Part shown: positions 17,441 to 26,767 of the stretch, one piece after another
Position numbering within the stretch: the first letter of the stretch is position 1
How the letters are laid out: the number at the start of each line of letters is the position of its first letter
Assembly (NCBI GenBank): GCA_023512375.1
Contig: JAILZS010000004.1
Coordinates: 18,036 to 82,035 of the forward strand
DNA length: 64,000 nt
Direction of reading: 5' to 3'
DNA from: Bacillota bacterium
GTDB taxonomy: Bacteria > Bacillota > Sulfobacillia > JAJZYS01 > JAILZS01
Program-made: the position numbers and the translations under genes
Notes under the pieces: generated by a model
The model's database searches: none
Seen by the model: only the letters and a program-made list of their open reading frames with translations
Told to the model about the DNA's origin: nothing

Positions 17441-17842
17441 GTGCTCAACCGAATCGTGCTCATCGGGCGACTCACGCGCGACCCGGAGCTTCGGTACACT
17501 CCGTCCGGTGTCGCGGTAGCCAGCTTCGGCCTGGCGGTGGACCGGCCCTTCTCGAATCAGGCGGGGGAGCGGGAAACCGACTTCATCGACATCGTCGTCT
17601 GGCGCAAGCTGGCGGAGACCGTCTCCGGCCACCTGCAGAAGGGCCGCCTGGTCGCTGTGCAGGGACGGTTGCAGATCCGGTCCTATGAGACCCAGGACGG
17701 GCAGAAGCGCAAGGCGGCCGAGGTGGTGGCCGACGACGTGCGTTTCCTCGACCGACCGCGGGAGGCGGGGGCGGAGTCGTTCGGAGACTACGCCGGGCCA
17801 GCGTCTGGAGCCGAGGACGAGGCGGAGGAGGTGCCGTTCTAG
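17441..17842 (+). CDS. ssb: Single-stranded DNA-binding protein
   Basis: VLNRIVLIGRLTRDPELRYTPSGVAVASFGLAVDRPF..DFIDIVVWRKLAE.., with an acidic tail ending EEVPF. Confidence 0.9.
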   Translation: MLNRIVLIGRLTRDPELRYTPSGVAVASFGLAVDRPFSNQAGERETDFIDIVVWRKLAETVSGHLQKGRLVAVQGRLQIRSYETQDGQKRKAAEVVADDVRFLDRPREAGAESFGDYAGPASGAEDEAEEVPF

Positions 17843-17878
17843 CGCCCGGTGCGCGGGGACGGCGGGGGAGGTGAAGGT

Positions 17879-18109
17879 GTGCGGCGCGATCGGGGGCGCA
17901 GGCCCAAGCGGCGCGTATGCAGTTTCTGCGTCGACAAGATCGACGAGGTGGACTACAAGGAGGCCAGCCGCCTCCGCCGGTTCACGAGCGAGCGGGGGAA
18001 GATCCTGCCGCGGCGCATCACGGGCAACTGTGCGCGGCACCAGCGCCAGCTGACCGCGGCCATCAAGCGGGCCCGGATCCTGGCCCTGCTGCCGTTCACG
18101 GTGGAATAG
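17879..18109 (+). CDS. rpsR: 30S ribosomal protein S18
   Basis: ..[70 protein letters not shown] 17879 follows GGGGGAGGTGAAG. Confidence 0.9.
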   Translation: MRRDRGRRPKRRVCSFCVDKIDEVDYKEASRLRRFTSERGKILPRRITGNCARHQRQLTAAIKRARILALLPFTVE

Positions 18110-18297
18110 ACGGCCCTGGAGGGGCGGCGGCCCTCCCCGGGAGGACTCGGGGAAGGGCCGCCGAATGCTGTGCGGTCGAACGCGGGACAGCTCGGGCGGC
18201 CGCAGCGCCTCCCTGGGCGCATGCGCCCGGCGGGGTACGGGCACGCGCCTGCCTCGGCGGCGGCGCCGGAGGCGTGATCGCGCACGGGGGTGGGAGG

Positions 18298-18750
18298 ATG
18301 AAGGTGATCCTGTCGCAGGACGTCGAGGGCCTGGGGCACGCCGGCCAGGTGGTGAACGTGGCCGACGGGTACGCGCGCAACTATCTCCTGCCCCGGCGGT
18401 TGGCGGAGGCGGCGACGGAGGGCGCCGTGCGACGCTGGACGGAGCGCGAGCGGGAGCGTGCCCGCCATGCTCAGCACGAGGAGGCCGAGGCGGCGTCGTT
18501 GGCGGCGCGGCTGGACGGTCAGGCCGTGCACGTACCGGTGCGGGTGGGCGAGGGCGGCCGGCTGTTCGGCAGCGTCACCGCCAAGGACGTGGCGGAGGCG
18601 GTACGCGCCGCCTTCGGCGTCGACCTCGACCGGCGCCGCTTCGACCTGGAACAGCCCATCCGGGCCGCCGGCACCTACCCGGTGGAGGTCCACGTGCATC
18701 CCAAGCACCGCGCCCGCATCCAGGTCGTGGTGGAGGAGGCCGGGGCGTGA
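18298..18750 (+). CDS. rplI: 50S ribosomal protein L9
   Basis: MKVILSQDVEGLGHAGQVVNVADGYARNYLLPRRLAEAAT.. starts at Met128 of ORF 17917..18750, preceded by GGTGGGAGG. Confidence 0.92.
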   Translation: MKVILSQDVEGLGHAGQVVNVADGYARNYLLPRRLAEAATEGAVRRWTERERERARHAQHEEAEAASLAARLDGQAVHVPVRVGEGGRLFGSVTAKDVAEAVRAAFGVDLDRRRFDLEQPIRAAGTYPVEVHVHPKHRARIQVVVEEAGA

Positions 18751-20738
18751 GCATCGGCTGGCGGGGTCGGGGCGCCCGCGCGTCGCGGCGCGTCGAACGT
18801 AGCCAGCTCGAGCGGCGGGTCGACGGGCTCATCGAGATGACCGCCGGCCTCATGGGATCGGACCGGATGGTGTTCAAGGCGGCCAAGCTGGGAAGCCTCA
18901 AGGCCCTGCGTTCCGACGACCTGCGCCAGCGGGCGCAGGCGCTGGGGCGGGTGGTATTGGACGATCCCACCCTGACGGCGCCGGCGGTCGGCCAGTTGGA
19001 CGCCTTCCTCGACCGCGTCGAGGATCAGCTAGCCGACCTCATGGCCCGGCGGTCGGTCGAGGACCGCCTGGAGCGCCGGGTGGCCGAACGCATGCAGGAG
19101 CGGCACGAGTCGTACCTGCGCGAGATCAAGAACCAGATCCTGAACGAGGACGGCGGACCGGAGAACGCCTCCACCCTGCGGCGCCTGGCGGCCATCGAGA
19201 AGCTCAACAGCGTGCACCTGAGCCGCCAGGTGTTGGACCTCCTGCGACCCACCTCGTTCGACCAGGTTGTGGGGCAAGAGGCCGCCATCGCCGCCGTCCT
19301 GGCCAAGGTGGCCTCGCCGTTTCCCCAGCACATCCTCCTCTACGGCCCCCCCGGCACGGGGAAGACGACGGTCGCCCGCCTCGCCCTGCAGGCGGCGCGG
19401 GCCATGGCCAAGAGCCCGTTCGCGCCCGACGCCCCCTTCGTGGAGGTGGACGGCGCCACGCTGCGCTGGGATCCGCGCGACGTGGCCAACCCCCTCCTAG
19501 GGTCGGTGCACGACCCGATCTACCAGGGGGCGCGGCGGGACCTGGCGGAGGGCGGCGTGCCGGAGCCCAAGACGGGGCTCGTCACCGAGGCGCACGGGGG
19601 TGTGCTGTTCATCGACGAGATCGGGGAGATGGACCCCCTGCTTCAGGCCAAGCTGCTCAAGGTCCTGGAGGAGAAGCGGGTGACGTTCGAGTCCTCCTAC
19701 TACGACCCGTCCGACCCCCAGGTCCCCAAGTACGTGAAGAAGCTGTTCGAAGAGGGGGCTCCGGCCGACTTCCTGCTCATCGGCGCCACCACTCGGGAGC
19801 CGGAGGAGATCAGCCCCGCCCTGCGCTCCCGCTGCGCCGAGATCTTCTTCGACCCCCTTTCCGCGGCCGACATCGAGCGCATCGTGCGCGAGGCCGCCCA
19901 GCGCCTGGCGGTGACCCTGGCCGAAGGCCTGGAGAAGCGGGTGGCCATGCACACGGTGGAGGGCCGCAAGGCGATCGGGCTTTTGGCAGACGCGTACGGC
20001 TACGCGCTGCAGCGCACGGGGGGCGAGGACCCGCGAGAGATCCGGATGGAGGACCTCGAACAGGCCCTGCGCGCCGCACGCCTAGGGCCCGTGCGCCCGC
20101 CCGAGGCGACGGCGTCGCCCGTCGTCGGCCGCTGCCTGGGACTGGCCGTGGCCGCCCACACCGGTACGGTGCTGGAGATCGAGGCCGCCGTCTTCCCCGC
20201 CGCCGAACCGGGCCGGGGGAGCGTGCGCTTCAACGAGACCGCCGGCAGCATGGCGCGCGACTCGGTGTTCAACGCCGCCACGGTGATCCGCCATCTCACC
20301 GGGCTCGACCTGGGTGCTTTCGACGTCCACGTCAACGTGGTGGGGGGCGGGCGGGTGGACGGCCCGTCGGCGGGCGTGGCGGTGCTCGTGGCCGTCCTCT
20401 CCGCCCTCACGGGGCGCGCGGTGCGGGGCGACGTGGCGGTCACGGGAGAGGTTTCGCTCAGGGGCGGCATCCGACCCGTGGGCGGCGTGTACGAGAAGGT
20501 GTTGGGGGCGCAACGGGCGGGAGTGCGGCGCGTGGTCGTGCCGGCGGACAACCTGTCCGAGGCGCCGCGCCTCGATGGCGTGGAGGTGGTGGGGGCGGCG
20601 ACGGTGGCGGAACTCTTGCCCCTCGTCCTCGTCGACGCGCGGGCGCCCTTCGCGGTGGCGCCCGAGGTGGCGTCCCGCCCGCCGGCGGCGGAGGCGGTCC
20701 AGGCCGCGGGCCGGGGGGTGGGGTCGCCTTGGCCCTGA
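18747..20738 (+). CDS. Lon-family ATP-dependent protease (LonC-like, spore-former type)
   Basis: Walker A LLYGPPGTGKTT, Walker B VLFIDEIGEMD, protease Ser GPSAGVAVLVAVLSALTG and Lys ..VGGVYEKVLGA. The rplI-lon-dnaB position is typical of clostridial-type genomes. GTGA overlap with the rplI stop; an alternative start is the Met at 18837. Confidence 0.85.
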   Translation: MSIGWRGRGARASRRVERSQLERRVDGLIEMTAGLMGSDRMVFKAAKLGSLKALRSDDLRQRAQALGRVVLDDPTLTAPAVGQLDAFLDRVEDQLADLMARRSVEDRLERRVAERMQERHESYLREIKNQILNEDGGPENASTLRRLAAIEKLNSVHLSRQVLDLLRPTSFDQVVGQEAAIAAVLAKVASPFPQHILLYGPPGTGKTTVARLALQAARAMAKSPFAPDAPFVEVDGATLRWDPRDVANPLLGSVHDPIYQGARRDLAEGGVPEPKTGLVTEAHGGVLFIDEIGEMDPLLQAKLLKVLEEKRVTFESSYYDPSDPQVPKYVKKLFEEGAPADFLLIGATTREPEEISPALRSRCAEIFFDPLSAADIERIVREAAQRLAVTLAEGLEKRVAMHTVEGRKAIGLLADAYGYALQRTGGEDPREIRMEDLEQALRAARLGPVRPPEATASPVVGRCLGLAVAAHTGTVLEIEAAVFPAAEPGRGSVRFNETAGSMARDSVFNAATVIRHLTGLDLGAFDVHVNVVGGGRVDGPSAGVAVLVAVLSALTGRAVRGDVAVTGEVSLRGGIRPVGGVYEKVLGAQRAGVRRVVVPADNLSEAPRLDGVEVVGAATVAELLPLVLVDARAPFAVAPEVASRPPAAEAVQAAGRGVGSPWP

Positions 20739-22060
20739 CGAGAGAGCGGCTTCCGCCCCAGGATCAGGAGGCCGAGCAGGCGGTCTTGGGCGCGATGCTC
20801 ATCGATCCCGAGGCGGTACCGCGCGCCATCGAACTCCTCCGGCCGGACGACTTCTACCGCCCGGCCCACCGCATCGTCTTCCAGACCATGGTCGATCTGT
20901 TCGACCGCGCCAGCCCCGTGGACGTGGTGACCACCGTGGCGGAACTGCGCCGCACGGGCAAACTCGAGGCGGTGGGCGGGGCCGCCTACCTGGCCGAGCT
21001 GCAGGACGCCGTACCGACGTCCGCCAACGTCACCTACCACGCCCGCATCGTAGCCGACCGGGCCCTCATGCGGGCTCTCATCGAGGCCGGCACGGACATC
21101 GCCCGGCGCGGCTACGAGGCCGACGAGGAGCCGGCGACGCTGCTCGACCAGGCCGAAGAGCGCATCTTCCGCCTGTCGCAACGTCGCGCCGGCGCCGCCC
21201 ACCCCCTCAAACGCGTCCTCCAAGACGCCTTCCAGCGCTTGGAGGAGCGCTACCGGAACCCGGACGTGCTGGGTGTGCCGTCCGGCTTTCGCGACCTCGA
21301 CCAGCTCACGTCGGGGTTCCAGCCCTCGGACCTGACGGTCATCGCCGCCCGGCCGTCGATGGGCAAGACCATGTTCTGCCTCAACGTGGCGCGCAACGCC
21401 GCCATGGCCGGCCATCCCGTGGCCATCTTCTCCCTGGAGATGTCGCGCGAGCAGCTCGCCCTGCGCCTCCTCTGCGCCGAGGCCGGCATCGACTCCCAAA
21501 AGTTGCGCCAGGGCCGCGTGGACAACGACGAGTGGCCGATCCTCTCCCTCGCCCTGGGGCGCCTGGGCGACGCCCCCATCTTCATCGACGACAGCCCCTC
21601 CCTCTCCGCCCTGGACATCCGCGCCCGGGCGCGCAGGCTCAAGGCCGAGCAAGACCTCGGACTGGTCATCGTCGACTACCTGCAGCTCATGCAGGGAACC
21701 GGCAGGAGCGAGAACCGCCAGCAGGAGATCTCCCAGATCTCCCGTTCCCTCAAGGCCCTGGCGCGGGAGCTCGACGTGCCGGTGATCGCCCTCTCGCAGC
21801 TCTCCCGTGCCGTAGAGGCACGGCAGGACCGCCGCCCCCTCCTCTCCGACCTGCGCGAGAGCGGTGCCATCGAGCAGGATGCCGACGTCGTGGCGTTCAT
21901 CTACCGCGACGACTACTATCACCCCGATTCGGAGCAACCGGGCGTGGTGGAGGTCATCGTGGCCAAGCAGCGTAACGGCCCCACCGGGCTCGTGCGCCTG
22001 CACTTCCGGAAGGAGACGGGCAAGTTCTACCCCCTCGACAGCCTGCACGCCCAGGAGTGA
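20729..22060 (+). CDS. dnaB: Replicative DNA helicase DnaB
   Basis: ..PPQDQEAEQAVLGAMLIDPEAV..; Walker A AARPSMGKTMF; ..VIVDYLQLM..; ..SQLSRAVE..DLRESGAIEQDADVV. Confidence 0.95.
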   Translation: MALTRERLPPQDQEAEQAVLGAMLIDPEAVPRAIELLRPDDFYRPAHRIVFQTMVDLFDRASPVDVVTTVAELRRTGKLEAVGGAAYLAELQDAVPTSANVTYHARIVADRALMRALIEAGTDIARRGYEADEEPATLLDQAEERIFRLSQRRAGAAHPLKRVLQDAFQRLEERYRNPDVLGVPSGFRDLDQLTSGFQPSDLTVIAARPSMGKTMFCLNVARNAAMAGHPVAIFSLEMSREQLALRLLCAEAGIDSQKLRQGRVDNDEWPILSLALGRLGDAPIFIDDSPSLSALDIRARARRLKAEQDLGLVIVDYLQLMQGTGRSENRQQEISQISRSLKALARELDVPVIALSQLSRAVEARQDRRPLLSDLRESGAIEQDADVVAFIYRDDYYHPDSEQPGVVEVIVAKQRNGPTGLVRLHFRKETGKFYPLDSLHAQE

Positions 22061-22070
22061 GGACGGAAAC

Positions 22071-22086
22071 TGGCACGAAACTCGCA
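22071..22086 (+). promoter_or_regulatory. Candidate sigma-54 (-24/-12) promoter of the ABC importer operon
   Basis: TGGCACGAAACTCGCA matches TGGCACG-N4-TTGCW at 15 of 16 defined or spaced positions (TCGCA for TTGCA). It starts 11 nt after the dnaB stop. AGGGAGG is at 22101-22107 and the ATG at 22118. Confidence 0.6.
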
Positions 22087-22117
22087 AGTACGTGACGGCG
22101 AGGGAGGCGGTGACGAC

Positions 22118-23689
22118 ATGCAGTGGAGGCGGCGCGCCCGGGCCTGGCTTGCGGTGGCGGTCCTGGGCGCGGTGGCGGCGTGGGGGGCGGCGGCGGGAGC
22201 CGCGGCGGCGCCCCAGGGGCCGGTGCTCACCGTGGCGTCGGACAACGCGATCAGTACGTTGGATCCGATCCTGTCCGGCTCCGACGAGGTCCAGTACCTG
22301 GCCAATGTGTACCAGGGGCTGGTGTTCGCCAATCCTCCGGGCTCGAAGACCCCGCTCAGCCCGGAGCTGGCCACGTCCTGGTCACACAGCCCCGACGGCC
22401 TGGTATGGACGTTCCACCTACGGCGCGGCGTCCATTTCCAGGACGGCAGCCTCATGACGGCGCAGGACGTGGTGAACTCGCTCAAGGCCGACATCCCCCA
22501 AGGGGGGCTGCTCTGGAGCAGCGTGCGCCGCCTGGTGGCTGCCGGCCCGTACACGGTGCGCTTCTATCTGCGCTACCCGATGCGCATCGACTACATCCTC
22601 ACTGCGGAGTACAACGCATGGATCGTGGGGCCCAAGGGGCTCAAGGAGCCGCAGTCGTGGTTCAACGCCGGTCACTCCGACGGCACCGGACCGTACGAGA
22701 TCGCGAGCTACCACCCGGGTTCCCAGCTCGTGCTGCGGGCTATGCCCGACTACTGGGGCGGCTGGCACGGACGCCACTTCACAACGATCGTCAACGACCT
22801 GGTCACCCAGCCCGCGGTCCAGCAGGAGCTCCTCCTGGGCGACCAGGCCCAGGTGGCCAACGGTATCCCGGAGACCGGTCTCAGGTCCGTCCAGGCCGAC
22901 CCCCAGCTCCGCGTCGTCGTGGCGCCGTCGAACGACTACTACATCGCGTACTACAACACCCGGCGCAAGCCGCTCGACAACGTCCTGGTTCGGCGGGCCC
23001 TCGACTACGCGATCCCGTACCGGGCCATGATCGCGGTCGCCACCGGCGGGTACGGCCGCCAGATGCAGGGCCCGCTGCCGTACGGCGTCTACCCGCACGA
23101 CAACTCCCTCCCCATGTACACGACCGACCTCGCCAAGGCCCGGCGCCTTTTGGCTCAGGCAGGCTACCCCCACGGCGGCTTCACGCTCACGATGACCTGC
23201 ACGACCGACATCCCCGAGTGCGGCCTCTTCGCCCCGTTGATGAAGGAGAACTTCGCCAAGATCGGGGTCAACCTCGTCATCCGTACCATGAGCTCCGACG
23301 AGGGCCTGGCGATCGCCGACGGCAACCCGGCGAAGGCCCAGGACATCTTCATCTTGGAGGACTGGCCGCAATACTCGGACGACTGGATCGACCTGTATTA
23401 CAACTACAACTGCTACACGCCCTACCAGTGGAACATGTCGTATTACTGCAACCCTGCATTCGACAAACTGTTCCAGAAGGCCAACTCGCTTCAGGTGACA
23501 AATCCCGCTCAGGCCCAACGGCTGTACGACCAGTATCAGCTAGACCTCCTGCAAGCAACCCCTGTAGCGTTCCTATACGACGACCGCAATGTGTTCGTCT
23601 TCAACCGTTCGGTGGGCGGATTCGTCAACACACCCGAGTACCCGGCGGTGATCTTCTACTACAACCTGTACCCCAATCCGACGAGCTGA
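22118..23689 (+). CDS. ABC transporter substrate-binding protein, family 5 (peptide/nickel type)
   Basis: 523 aa with a signal-like N-terminus (MQWRRRARAWLAVAVLGAVAAWGAAAGAAAA), then ..TLDPILSGSDEVQYLANVYQGLV.. and a family-5 SBP layout. Confidence 0.9.
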   Translation: MQWRRRARAWLAVAVLGAVAAWGAAAGAAAAPQGPVLTVASDNAISTLDPILSGSDEVQYLANVYQGLVFANPPGSKTPLSPELATSWSHSPDGLVWTFHLRRGVHFQDGSLMTAQDVVNSLKADIPQGGLLWSSVRRLVAAGPYTVRFYLRYPMRIDYILTAEYNAWIVGPKGLKEPQSWFNAGHSDGTGPYEIASYHPGSQLVLRAMPDYWGGWHGRHFTTIVNDLVTQPAVQQELLLGDQAQVANGIPETGLRSVQADPQLRVVVAPSNDYYIAYYNTRRKPLDNVLVRRALDYAIPYRAMIAVATGGYGRQMQGPLPYGVYPHDNSLPMYTTDLAKARRLLAQAGYPHGGFTLTMTCTTDIPECGLFAPLMKENFAKIGVNLVIRTMSSDEGLAIADGNPAKAQDIFILEDWPQYSDDWIDLYYNYNCYTPYQWNMSYYCNPAFDKLFQKANSLQVTNPAQAQRLYDQYQLDLLQATPVAFLYDDRNVFVFNRSVGGFVNTPEYPAVIFYYNLYPNPTS

Positions 23690-23720
23690 CGTAGGTGGCG
23701 CACCAGCGGGCGGCGAGGGG

Positions 23721-24749
23721 GTGGGGAGGACGGCGGGATACGGGGCGTACGCGGCGAGACGGCTCGGTTACGGCGTGGTGCTCGTGGTGGGCATCACCCT
23801 CGTGGCCTTCGTCCTCACGCACCTCGTGCCGTCCAACCCGGCCCTGGTGTACGCGGGACTCCACCCCAACCCGGCGCAGATCGCCCGCGCCCGGCAGATC
23901 CTCGGCCTCGACAAACCCCTGTACATGCAGTACCTGTTGTTCCTGCGCGGCCTGGCCACAGGGGCGTGGGGCATCTCGATCACCACCCACGGCAGCGTGT
24001 TCCAGAACGTGATGACGTTCCTGCCGCCCACCCTGGAACTCGTCTTCTTCGCCACCCTGGAATCGATGGTCCTCGGCGTCCTCCTCGGCGTTTGGGCGAG
24101 CGAGCGCCCGGACGGCGTGGCGGACGTGGCCGTACGAGTGCTGGGCGCCGGTCTGGTGAGCATGCCGGCCTTCTGGCTGGCCCTCCTCCTGCAGATCGTC
24201 TTCTTCGGCCAGCTCCACCTGCTTCCCCTCACGGGCGAGTACGGCGGCGCTTACGTCCTCACCGCCCGCACCATCACCGGCTTCCCCCTTCTGGACGCGG
24301 CCCTCAGCCACCAATGGGGGCTCGTGGGCGACGAGCTGCGCCACCTCGTCCTGCCCAGCCTGGCCCTTGCGGCCTACTCCATCGGCCTCGTGGCGCGCAT
24401 GACGCGGGCGACGATGCTCGACGCCCTCGGAACGGACTACATCCGCCTCGCTGTGGCCAACGGCGTCCGCCGCCGCCGCATCTACTTCCGCTACGCCCTC
24501 AAGAACGCCATCGCGCCCACCCTGACCGTCCTCGGCCTCACCTTCGCCTACTCCCTCACCGGCGACTTCTTCGTGGAGCAGATCTTCTTCTGGAACGGGC
24601 TTGGGTCGTACAGCGTGCACGCCATCGACAACCTCGACATCGCCGCCGTCATGGGCGTCCTCGTGGTGGTCTCCCTCGCCTACACGGTGGTCAACCTCGC
24701 GGTCGATCTCATCCGGGCGCTGTTCGATCCGCGCCTCCTGGTCGAGTAG
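23721..24749 (+). CDS. ABC transporter permease (DppB/OppB-like)
   Basis: ..YAARRLGYGVVLVVGITLVAFVLTHLVPSNPALVYAG..; EAA-type loop ..YIRLAVANGVRRRRIYFRYALKNAIAPTLT. Confidence 0.9.
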   Translation: MGRTAGYGAYAARRLGYGVVLVVGITLVAFVLTHLVPSNPALVYAGLHPNPAQIARARQILGLDKPLYMQYLLFLRGLATGAWGISITTHGSVFQNVMTFLPPTLELVFFATLESMVLGVLLGVWASERPDGVADVAVRVLGAGLVSMPAFWLALLLQIVFFGQLHLLPLTGEYGGAYVLTARTITGFPLLDAALSHQWGLVGDELRHLVLPSLALAAYSIGLVARMTRATMLDALGTDYIRLAVANGVRRRRIYFRYALKNAIAPTLTVLGLTFAYSLTGDFFVEQIFFWNGLGSYSVHAIDNLDIAAVMGVLVVVSLAYTVVNLAVDLIRALFDPRLLVE

Positions 24750-24774
24750 CCGTGCGTTGGGGAGGGGATGGGAG

Positions 24775-25782
24775 GTGGGCGTGAGCCAGCCGGTCTTGGC
24801 CGTGCGCGACCTCTCCGTCCAGCTCGAGGGGCGCGCGGGCACCCTCAACCTCCTCGACCGCGTCGCGCTCACCGTGGCGCGCGGCGAGGTGGTGGCGGTG
24901 GTGGGGGAGACAGGCAGCGGCAAGACGCTCACTGGCATGGCGGCGCTCGGTTTCTTCCCCGCCCGAGCCCGCGTCCAGGGGAGCGTGCGCGTGGACGGCG
25001 TCGAGCTCGTACCGCCGACGCCGCAGGCACTGGCCGCGGTGCGCGGTCGGCGCGTGGCCGTCGTGCCCCAAAATCCCTCCACCGCCCTCAACCCGGTGTT
25101 CACGGTCGGCCAGCAGCTGGGGGAGCTTCTCCTCACCCACAGGCGGCTCAGGTCGCTCCGCGAGCGACGCGAGGCGGCGCTCTCCCTCTTGCGGGAAGTG
25201 GAGCTGCCGCGGCCGGCGGCACTCCTGAACGCCTACCCGCACGAGCTGTCGGGCGGGATGCAGCAGCGTGTGCTCATCGCCATGGCGCTGGCGTGCGAGC
25301 CGGAGCTCGTCGTCGCCGACGAGCCCACGACCGCCCTGGACGCCACCACCCAGGCCCAGATCCTGCGCCTGGTCCTGCGCCTGCGCGCCGAGCGCGGCCT
25401 CGCCTTGCTCTGGATCACGCACGATCTGGGCGTGGCGGCGCACCTGGCCGACCGCGTCGTCGTCCTGTACGCCGGCAAGGTGATGGAGGACGGCCCCGTG
25501 GCGGCGGTACTCGGCTCCCCACGCCACCCGTACACGCGGGCGGTGATCGACAGCCTGCCGGGCGGTGGACGCCGGGTGCGCGACATCCGCAGCCTGCCCG
25601 GCGACCTACCCAGCCCAGCGGCGCTGCCGGCCGGGTGCCGCTTCCACCCCCGCTGCCCCATGCGCTTCGACCCGTGCGCCGGGACGGAGCCACTTCTGCG
25701 CCTGGTGGGCGACGGGCACGCCGTCGCCTGCCATCGCTACGATGCGCCTTCGACCACGGCGGGCGGTGCCCCCTTGCCATGA
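24775..25782 (+). CDS. ABC transporter ATP-binding protein (DppD/OppD-like)
   Basis: Walker A GETGSGKT, signature LSGGMQQR, Walker B LVVADEPTTALD, C-terminal oligopeptide-type Cys motif ..GCRFHPRCP... The start is GTG 24775 or 24781. Confidence 0.9.
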   Translation: MGVSQPVLAVRDLSVQLEGRAGTLNLLDRVALTVARGEVVAVVGETGSGKTLTGMAALGFFPARARVQGSVRVDGVELVPPTPQALAAVRGRRVAVVPQNPSTALNPVFTVGQQLGELLLTHRRLRSLRERREAALSLLREVELPRPAALLNAYPHELSGGMQQRVLIAMALACEPELVVADEPTTALDATTQAQILRLVLRLRAERGLALLWITHDLGVAAHLADRVVVLYAGKVMEDGPVAAVLGSPRHPYTRAVIDSLPGGGRRVRDIRSLPGDLPSPAALPAGCRFHPRCPMRFDPCAGTEPLLRLVGDGHAVACHRYDAPSTTAGGAPLP

Positions 25783-26750
25783 CGGAGGTCCTCTCGCTGC
25801 GCGGCATCTCCCACGCCTTCGGCGGGCGCGGGCGGGAAGGGGCTGTATGGGCGCTGCGCGACGTGGACCTGACGGTGGCCGGGGGCGAGACCGTCGGCGT
25901 GGTGGGCGAGTCCGGCTCGGGCAAGAGCACCCTCGGCCTCGTGGCCGCCGGCCTCGTGCGGCCGACGGCGGGCGAGGTCCGGTTCGAGGGCCGGCCCCTG
26001 GATCCGGCGCGGCTGTCGGGACGGGTGCAGATGGTCTTCCAGGACCCGGTCTCCTCCCTCGACCCGCGCATGACCGTGGAGGAGATCCTGCTCGAACCCC
26101 TCGCGGCCCTCGGGCGGGGGCGGCGGGAGGAGTGGCGCGAGCGCGCCGTCGCCCTCCTGGAGCGGGTGGGCCTGGGGCGGGAGCACCTTCCCCGCCGACC
26201 CGGTCAGTTCAGCGGAGGCCAGTGCCAACGCATTGCCATCGCCCGGGCCATGATCACCCGCCCCCCGTGCGTCATCCTGGACGAGCCCACCTCTTCTCTC
26301 GACGTGATCGTGCAGGCGCGCGTGCTCCATCTGCTCGAGGACCTCAAGGAGGAGTTCGGCACCGCCTACGTGTTCATCTCCCACAACCTGGCGGTGGTGG
26401 AGGCGGTGGCCGACCGCATCGTCGTGCTCTACCGCGGCCGGGTGGTGGAGTCCGGCCCTACCTCCGCCATCCTGGCGGCGCCGCTCCACCCCTATACGCG
26501 CGCCCTGGCCGCCGCCGTCCTCGACGTCGACTCTTGGCGGCGGCGCGAGGCGCCGACCCCGCCGGCGGGGGAGACCGCCGCATCGCCGACCGTCCCCCCG
26601 CCCGAGCACGGCTGCGCCTACGCCCCGCGTTGCCCGCTGGCCGTAGACGCCTGCCGGACGGCGGTTCCCGCCCTGGTGCCCACGCGGGACGGCCGCCGCG
26701 TCGCCTGTCACGTCCTCGCCCCGGCTGCATCCGAGATCCGAACCGTCTGA
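25779..26750 (+). CDS. ABC transporter ATP-binding protein (DppF/OppF-like)
   Basis: MTEVLSLRGISHAF..; Walker A GESGSGKST, signature FSGGQCQR, Walker B VILDEPTSSLD. ATGA overlap with the previous ATPase. Confidence 0.9.
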   Translation: MTEVLSLRGISHAFGGRGREGAVWALRDVDLTVAGGETVGVVGESGSGKSTLGLVAAGLVRPTAGEVRFEGRPLDPARLSGRVQMVFQDPVSSLDPRMTVEEILLEPLAALGRGRREEWRERAVALLERVGLGREHLPRRPGQFSGGQCQRIAIARAMITRPPCVILDEPTSSLDVIVQARVLHLLEDLKEEFGTAYVFISHNLAVVEAVADRIVVLYRGRVVESGPTSAILAAPLHPYTRALAAAVLDVDSWRRREAPTPPAGETAASPTVPPPEHGCAYAPRCPLAVDACRTAVPALVPTRDGRRVACHVLAPAASEIRTV

Positions 26751-26767
26751 CCGAGAGGGGGTGCGGC

